DNA of 64,000 nt. Origin: Andalucia godoyi And28. Taxonomy: Eukaryota > Protista > Jakobida. Positions 57,559 to 64,000 of this stretch are shown here, in pieces (the stretch's first letter is position 1; each line of letters begins with the position of its first letter). The notes under the pieces are model-generated. The model was not told the origin of the DNA and ran no database searches. It saw nothing but the letters and a program-made list of their open reading frames with translations. Location: the NCBI GenBank assembly GCA_009859145.1, contig VRVR01000007.1, forward strand, positions 1 to 64,000, written 5' to 3'. The position numbers were made by a program, and so were the translations under genes.

Positions 57559-58867
57559 ATGGCGGATGATAATTTTTACAATACGTTTATGAGCGAGCTG
57601 GGAAAGAAGGAACAGAATCCTTCCCAGCCTGCTCCAGCACCAGCACCAGCACCTGCATCATCTTCATCATCTTCATCATCTTCATCATCATCTTCTTCTT
57701 CTGCGTCTTCTTCGTCGTCGTCTTACCCGTCGTCGGCATCCTCTGGTCGGCCGCAAGCTCCTTCTGCGACGGGTGCACATCCGGTTCGGGCGTCGTCTGG
57801 AATGTCGGCACCCTCTGCGGGAAGCCAGCAGCCGCACGCCCAGCCGCAGCCGATTGATATCGTTCTGCAAGCGCTTCGAGCGAGAAATCAGCAGCCATCC
57901 GACACAGATTACATTCATGCGCTTTCTCCGTTTCTGTTTCCTGAAGAGTTGGAGAGGCTGAAAGCTATATTTAAGCAGATTGCGGTGCCGCAATTCAAAG
58001 AAGCTGGAATGGCTCATTTCCAGGAACTCGTACGAACGGCCAGAAAGCGGCCTTTGACGCCTGTCGCCGCTGCTCATGTCGAGGTGTACAAGAAGATACT
58101 TGCCTCTGCTGCATCACAAAATGCATCTAATCAACAAAGACAAGCACCTCAGCAAGCGCAGCTACAGCAACAGTCGCAACAACAACAACAGCAGCAGCAG
58201 CAGCCTTCGATTCCTCTGCAGCAGGCTCCAGGTTTGAGTACAACTGCCGCACGTCCTCCGAATCACCCTGTTCCTGCTGGCCAACCTCCAAGGTCTGGGC
58301 AGGCGCCGCCATTACCTGCAGCGCAGCCTCCGCAAACAGCCCCCTATCCCGGCGGACTTGCACCAGCGGTAACCGTTCAGCCGGTTGCTGTGGCGACATA
58401 CGGCAGACGGCTGGCTACTGTGATAGAAGAACGAAGAGACCAGGAGCGAGAAAACGAGACTCGTATTGGAAACTGGGCAGTATCGCTTTCTGCAAAAGCA
58501 CCCGAAGAACAGAAGAAGACGCTGTATCACGTGGCGACCGAATTCAGAAAGATGGCACAGCAGTTCGACGCCATCAATGCAAAGTTTTCACCGGAACAAA
58601 AAAAGATGTTGGAGGAATTCGAAAAGGGGACCTGTGATCGCGCTGTATTTGAGCGGAGCAATCCAGAGCTTGTCGAGATGTACATCGAATCAAAGAAGAT
58701 CGGTTACAAGAAACGGGACATTCAGATGATGTTCGACCGTTTCCGAGTTGTTACAGGAACGGACCCCAACCAACTCGTCAAGGATGTATACCAGGAGATG
58801 AAGAAACAGCAATTGCAACAATCTGGTCAGCAGCAACCAGGACCGCAACAGCAGCAGCAGCAGCAGC

Positions 58868-58902
<35 letters not shown>

Positions 58903-60330
58903 CCGAGGCCTCCAGTTCAACAGCAAACGGCGCAATATCAGCAACAACAAGCACAGTTCCTCGCCCAGCAACAACAGCAGCAAGCGCAACAACAACAAGC
59001 GCAACAGCAACAAGCGCAACAGCAACAAGCGCAACAACAACAAGCGCAACAGCAACAACCGCAACAACAACCGCAACAGCAAGCCCAATTTCAGCAGCAG
59101 AATTCGCACACGAGCAAGCAACAGCAACAATCACAACCGCCACCAACGTTCAAGCAGCCATTGTCAAATCATCCTCCTGGCCTTCAGCGCCCAGCATTGC
59201 CGGAGCAAAAGATTGACGAGGATCTTAGAAAGTTTACTCCTTCTGCCAAACCGCCGCAAGGGAATTACTTCATTCATCCGGAGACAATGAAGCAATGGGT
59301 TGAGAGGTTTTGTTTGCATGCCGCGAATCGAGGCCAAGCCAAGAACTTGACGGTAGATGTTGCAGCAGCAGACTGTCTTGTGGCTGCTCTGAAGGAGCGA
59401 TTGACAGAAGTGCTTTCACAGGCGGTGATCGCCAGTTCTCACCAGAGAGTCCCAAGAACAAACTACCTAGTGAACCAGCCTCGAGAAGAATTGCAAGCGG
59501 CTGAGGATCGGGAAGAGGCGCAATTGAAAGATGAGCTCTTTGCAGTTTCGGCCCCTGTCAAGGAAGAGGCAACGCCGTCGCAGGAGGAAGAGCCGTCTCG
59601 CAAGCGAGAGCGCGAAGACGAGGACGTGGAGGAAGATCGGGATTCCAAGAAGCGCAAAACCCAAACCAGTGCTGCTGGTGCCGCCGCCGCTGCTGCGACT
59701 GGTACTGCGCCGGCGCCAGTACCGGCGGCGACAGCTTCCAAGGACGATTCGTCAAAGAAGAACCGGTTGTCTGTACTGCACTCCTTCTTGAACCAGCAAA
59801 AGTCTTCCGCGGTCGTCAAAGACAAGCCGAAGCCTCTCAGTGCGACCACAAACGCAACGGCGACTGCTGGCACAACGGCGACTGCTGGCACAACGGCGAC
59901 TACCACAGCGGCAGCAGTCCCCACGAGCTCTTCAGGTACTCCGGTTGGAGAGGATACCAAGTCGGCCATTCCTGCTGCAACGTCTGCGGGTGTTGCGTCT
60001 CCGAGTCCTTCTACCTCGGTTGCCGGTGCTCCTGCGTCTCCTGCGCAGCCGCAACTTCCCCGTAATAGCAGTTCTGACGACCAAGTTAGCCAAGCCCAAG
60101 CGGCACCAACTGCTCAAGTCCCCGTACAGGCGGTCCGAGTGCATGTGAAAATGAGACATCTTTTATTTGTGTGTGAAAAGGATGCCACAATGCGGAAGCT
60201 CCCTTGGTTTCAACAGAAGAGATCCATGACGGCTGACGAGTCTGCAACCCTTCGCTGGAAGCTCCACCGTCAAAGCCCCGCTCACAGCGGAACGCCCATC
60301 CAACAAGGAACTGTCATCCGAAAGCCGTAA
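57559..60330 (+). CDS. TAF4: TAF4-like TFIID subunit, Gln-rich
   Basis: Histone-fold-like DCLVAALKERLTEVLSQAV...PREELQAAEDREE and C-terminal VRVHVKMRHLLFVCEKD, matching the TAF4 conserved C-terminal domain; long poly-Q. Confidence 0.65.
58800..59130 (+). repeat. Coding CAG/CAA poly-Gln repeat with (CAAGCGCAACA(A/G)CAA) units
   Basis: Trinucleotide and 15-nt tandem units encoding QQQQ and AQQQQ. Confidence 0.9.
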
Positions 60331-60506
60331 ATGAAACAGAAGCAACGACACCTACACCTACAATTGTTACTGCAAACGGAACGTGAAGCATGCGCAATGT
60401 ACAATGCACCACCCACGGTGCTCCCCGGTCAACTCCATTGAATGAAATTCACCCCACATGCTGCACGAGCCGCTCGTTTCTCGAGCTTGTGATCTCTTCA
60501 TCTGCA

Positions 60507-61109
60507 TCACGGCTTTGCTACTTTTCGCGGTTCGCGCTGCCCCGTAAGAGGATCGTACACCTCCCTCCAAGAGAGCGGCAACAGCCTTCCGTCTTGCGCC
60601 ATCACGACACCCAAATCGTTTCGCGCAGTTCCCAAAAAGAAGGATCGGGCCGTTCCCAGTGACAGAACCGTGGCACGAACCACATCCCCAGGACGAAATG
60701 ACTCGTACATCTGCACAGTATCAATCTGTGTAGCACGAACATCGGACACGCGAATGATTCCTTCGTACGGTTCTGCAAGAGGCTCGTTTTCCACTGCCAG
60801 AATCTCGCAATGTGCAGATCTATTGTGAATTCGGTCAATCCGAGCAAGCACGGTGTTTCCAACTCGCGGAAGTACAGGAATTGCATTCAGGGGATTCTTC
60901 ACTGTAACCACAGCATTCACAGCATTCACAGCATTCACAAGCGACGAAGACAACGTGGCAGCGCTTGAAACAATGACTTGCACAGCCCCGCTCACAGACG
61001 CATAGATCTTATCATCCCGAACATACGCGCCGGGTCCACAAATATACCCCGATTGCGACGCAGAGATCACCTCGCCAGGTGTCACCCATGTCCCTTGAAC
61101 CACTGACAT
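60507..61109 (-). CDS. CSL4: Exosome cap subunit CSL4/EXOSC1
   Basis: VTPGE, GPGAY, LPRVGNTVLARI, GIIRVSDVRAT..D.VQMYESFRPGDVVRATVLSLG, LGVVMA, EPRKVAKP. ATG at 61109. Confidence 0.95.
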   Translation of the reverse strand: MSVVQGTWVTPGEVISASQSGYICGPGAYVRDDKIYASVSGAVQVIVSSAATLSSSLVNAVNAVNAVVTVKNPLNAIPVLPRVGNTVLARIDRIHNRSAHCEILAVENEPLAEPYEGIIRVSDVRATQIDTVQMYESFRPGDVVRATVLSLGTARSFFLGTARNDLGVVMAQDGRLLPLSWREVYDPLTGQREPRKVAKP

Positions 61110-61153
61110 CTGTTTTCCCTTGACCGTAATAAGAAAAGGAAAGCGGAATCGAT

Positions 61154-61156
<3 letters not shown>

Positions 61157-61192
<36 letters not shown>
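61157..61192. repeat. (AT)n microsatellite
   Basis: About 18 AT units upstream of CSL4. Confidence 0.92.
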
Positions 61193-61196
<4 letters not shown>

Positions 61197-61319
61197 GTGT
61201 GTATGTGTGTGTAATAGAAACCAGCAAGCAATGAAACCGCGAGATCGACGATGCATCACGCGCGGTCTTTGCAAAGGAGGGAAGCATCAAGTGGAAAAGA
61301 AGGGGAGATAATCCCCTTT

Positions 61320-61327
61320 TAGGGTTT
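61320..61327 (-). promoter_or_regulatory. Telo-box-like motif AAACCCTA upstream of CSL4
   Basis: TAGGGTTT on + strand (within TTAGGG), 211 nt upstream of the ATG. Confidence 0.35.
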
Positions 61328-61717
61328 TTTTTTTCGCAATTGTTTTTGTGCCTTCTATTTGTATATCCCAGTGCTTTGCTATTATTAAAGAATACATTTT
61401 ATACCCGACGATTCTCCCAATAATAATATGGAAGCAAAGGATAGCGCCTAATCACACGACAGGACAACACAAACCCTCTCTCTCTCTCTGTCTCTTTGAT
61501 GCGATTCTACAGATCCTCTCACTCAGTCTCGAGTGCTTTCTTTTCCCCGTCATTGTCCTTCTTTCCCCTGTCTCTGTCTCTGTCTCTGTCTCCTCTCTCT
61601 CTCTCTCTGACTTTCTTCCCGTCTTTCCCTTCCTCCATCAACTCTAACTCTCACTCTAACTCTCTGATTGCTTTGCTTTTTCTTGCTATTTTCTTTTTTG
61701 CTATTTGTTTTCTTTTT

Positions 61718-61750
61718 CTTCTTCTTCTTCTTCTTCTTCTTCTTCTTCTT
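61718..61750. repeat. (CTT)n microsatellite
   Basis: About 11 CTT units in the CSL4/WNK spacer. Confidence 0.88.
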
Positions 61751-62357
61751 TTTTCTGTTTTGTTTTTTCCCCCTTTTTCACTCTCTCCAAACGACGAACG
61801 GTGCCATTCAACAGCAGTGGGAGATACCAATCAACAAAGAAGAAGGGGAAAGGAAAGAAAAGAAGACGACTAACCAAAAAGCAAGAATCGGGTTTTGTCA
61901 TTATTATTGCCATTTTATTTAATCATTTCTACGATTATTACTGCTGTTCGGGCTATTGGTATTGGTATTAGTATTAGTATTCAGGAAGAGAAGTAATAGT
62001 TGTAGGATCCGTATTAGACGAAGAAAGGTTTTTTCCGTCTTCCTCCGTTCTTTTATTGCGATAGTGTTTATTATCTGTTTTAAGGAGGGATTTTCGCTTT
62101 GGTGTTTTCCATTTTGGAAGGAGGAAAATTGCATCATTTATATTTTCTCCTCCCGCTTCTTCTGGTAACGTATCTGCGTCTTTCTTTTTGTTCCTGTTTT
62201 GGAGTTTTATCTGTCCCTTTCCCGCCCTCCCTTCTCCTCTTTCGCAAACACACACATACACACATACACGCTCTCGTTCTGTCTCTAGTGAATAAGCAAA
62301 GCAATAGGGATATCGCGCAGTGCTGCTCCAAGTGTTTGGTAGAGAGAAGTCGGGAAA

Positions 62358-64000
62358 ATGTCGGACGGAGAAGAGGTTGCGTATTCACCGAATAATCGAT
62401 TTTCAAGACGAGATCTGATTGGGCAAGGCGCATTCAAGACGGTATATGCAGCGTTTGATCATCACGAAGGTATCGAGGTTGCATGGAACGAAGTCCGCTT
62501 GTTGGATGACGCTTCATCGAGAGCCAAAGTGCTTGCAGAGATCCAGTTGCTGCAAAACTTGCACCATTCTAGCATCATCAACATGATTGAATCATGGGAG
62601 CAGCCGCTGGTGGACGAGGAATCCAATGCGTCTCTGCATTCAAAAATGAGGAAACAAACAAGAATCGTTTTCATTACAGAGCTTATGACTTCTGGAACGC
62701 TTCGTGCGTACATCGAGCGTGCACGGAAGCTGAAAGTGCGCACCATTCGGAGGTGGTGCAAGCAAATTTTGTCTGGGCTGGACTATCTGCACTCTCAGAA
62801 AATCATTCATCGGGATCTGAAGTGCGACAACATATTCATCAATGGATCGCGTGGTGAGCTGAAGATCGGAGATCTCGGGTTATCAATCGCAATGTCGGGT
62901 ACTTGTGCAGTCTCCTGCATCGGTACTCCGGAGTTCATGGCTCCAGAGTTGTACGAAGGCAATTACACCGAAAAGGTGGATATTTATGCGTTCGGAATGT
63001 GTTTGCTGGAAATGGTCACTGGGAAATACCCGTACAACGAGTGCTCTCACCCAGCGCAAATTTTCAAGAAGGTCACTTCTGGTGAAGAACCTTTGTCCTT
63101 GCAAAGCATCCCCGTCGATGAACTCCGAGAGTTCATTCGGATGTGTGTAGCGCGTGATCCGCAAAGAAGGCCGTCGGCGGCAGAGCTCCTGCAATCCAAG
63201 TTTCTTGAGGATCGAGAAGACGACGAGGAGTTTATCGAACTGGATGAGGAAGACAAGAAAGTCAAGCCTCAAAGTCGTGGGCCCATTGTGGACACTGTTG
63301 GGGAAATTGATCCATCAGGGTCTGTTACCCTCGCGCTCATGCTTGTCCTCAAGGGGAAAATGCAGTCTATTGAATTTCCATTCAATCTGCGCTTGGATCG
63401 GTCGTCCGAAGTAGCTCACGAAATGGTTCGCGCCCTCGAGCTGGACCAGCGAGAAGTCGTCGAAATCGGCAAGGCGATACAGCGTCGTGTGGACGAACTG
63501 ATCCCCAAGTTGATGGAGATTGATCGCAAGACGCAGGAGGCAACCGCCGCCGCTGTTGCTGCCGAGAAGCTGGAGGCGGGCGAGGAAACCTTCACAAATC
63601 ATGAAGCATCGAGCGAGGTGAATACCGATCGCGGTTCGTCTGCGACGGGTGCAGCAGACGACGCAGAGGATGCCCACACTGTGCACTCCGAAAACGAAGG
63701 TGCCCCAACGTCGCCTGTGCAAAATCATCACGTCGTATTTCATGATCAAGAGCCCCGCTCTGTCAGTTCTCCGCCAATGCAGCCAGCTCCTGCAACCCCC
63801 GAGGAGAAGCACCATGCTGAGAAAAAGTTAATGTCCATTTCCACGTCCACGTCCGAGCTTCTTCCGCGAACACCCAGGATGGATTTGATTCCGATGCTTG
63901 AGCGCCGCCCCATTCACGAAAAGGCTCTTTCTGAAAGCGAAGTCCCTTCGAATCTAGGCAAGGGCACAAACCATGACGACTCATTTGACTTGGAAGATGC
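62358..64000 (+). CDS. WNK: WNK-family protein kinase, 3' truncated by the window
   Basis: Not in the ORF track because no stop lies in the window. Translation gives LIGQGAFKTVY (Lys in subdomain I), EVAWNEV, VFITELMTSGTL, IHRDLKCDNIFING, KIGDLG, GTPEFMAPELY, then a CCT-like segment IEFPFNL..DRSSEVAHEMV. Confidence 0.95.
   Translation, partial: MSDGEEVAYSPNNRFSRRDLIGQGAFKTVYAAFDHHEGIEVAWNEVRLLDDASSRAKVLAEIQLLQNLHHSSIINMIESWEQPLVDEESNASLHSKMRKQTRIVFITELMTSGTLRAYIERARKLKVRTIRRWCKQILSGLDYLHSQKIIHRDLKCDNIFINGSRGELKIGDLGLSIAMSGTCAVSCIGTPEFMAPELYEGNYTEKVDIYAFGMCLLEMVTGKYPYNECSHPAQIFKKVTSGEEPLSLQSIPVDELREFIRMCVARDPQRRPSAAELLQSKFLEDREDDEEFIELDEEDKKVKPQSRGPIVDTVGEIDPSGSVTLALMLVLKGKMQSIEFPFNLRLDRSSEVAHEMVRALELDQREVVEIGKAIQRRVDELIPKLMEIDRKTQEATAAAVAAEKLEAGEETFTNHEASSEVNTDRGSSATGAADDAEDAHTVHSENEGAPTSPVQNHHVVFHDQEPRSVSSPPMQPAPATPEEKHHAEKKLMSISTSTSELLPRTPRMDLIPMLERRPIHEKALSESEVPSNLGKGTNHDDSFDLED

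Noticed and set aside
9600-62440. CRISPR arrays or transposable elements
   Set aside because: The repeats seen are simple microsatellites or coding homopolymers; no repeat-spacer array, terminal repeats, transposase or reverse-transcriptase motifs.
1378-63984. Long shadow ORFs in the track (e.g. 1378-2208, 17247-17930, 34272-35201, 53268-54368)
   Set aside because: Antisense or alternative frames of well-supported genes, without motifs; expected given low TA content.
1-64000. Genome-wide TGA (or TAG) reassignment
   Set aside because: Conserved C-termini end at TGA (NAP1 CKQQ, CSL4 RKVAKP) or TAG (BRE1), and multi-kilobase ORFs use TGG with no internal TGA.

Overview
Gene-dense, intron-poor eukaryotic nuclear DNA (about 35 genes in 64 kb, short AT-rich or microsatellite-rich spacers, a few 60-214 nt GT-AG introns). 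It uses the standard code: TAA, TAG and TGA all end conserved genes. Axonemal/centriolar genes (LRRC23-like, androglobin-like, CEP44, SHIPPO-repeat protein, kinesin-8) point to a flagellated protist; the species cannot be named from sequence alone. Recognisable genes: APC transporter, ER DnaJ, SDA1, BRE1, NAP1, PAN3, CWC22, RPS14, DOCK GEF, FPGS, Nudix, LicD, WDR24, Timeless, TMEM244/SYS1-like, site-2 protease, METTL18, a solitary 5S rRNA gene, a class I PDE, RNF170-like ligase, Abraxas-like, TAF4-like, CSL4 and a WNK kinase running off the right end. I saw no mobile element, CRISPR array or tRNA. Best leads: (i) a predicted myristoylated PDE whose N-terminus resembles an XRCC4/PAXX/SAS-6 head plus coiled coil; (ii) a ~300-nt possibly structured element beside the 5S gene; (iii) a protein-like ORF split by one UGA-C upstream of RNF170, one of several coding-like islands with in-frame stops; (iv) telo-box motifs at similar position and orientation upstream of RPS14, NAP1 and CSL4; (v) a stop-free in-frame intron in WDR24. 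All homology calls are by-eye motif recognition, not database searches.
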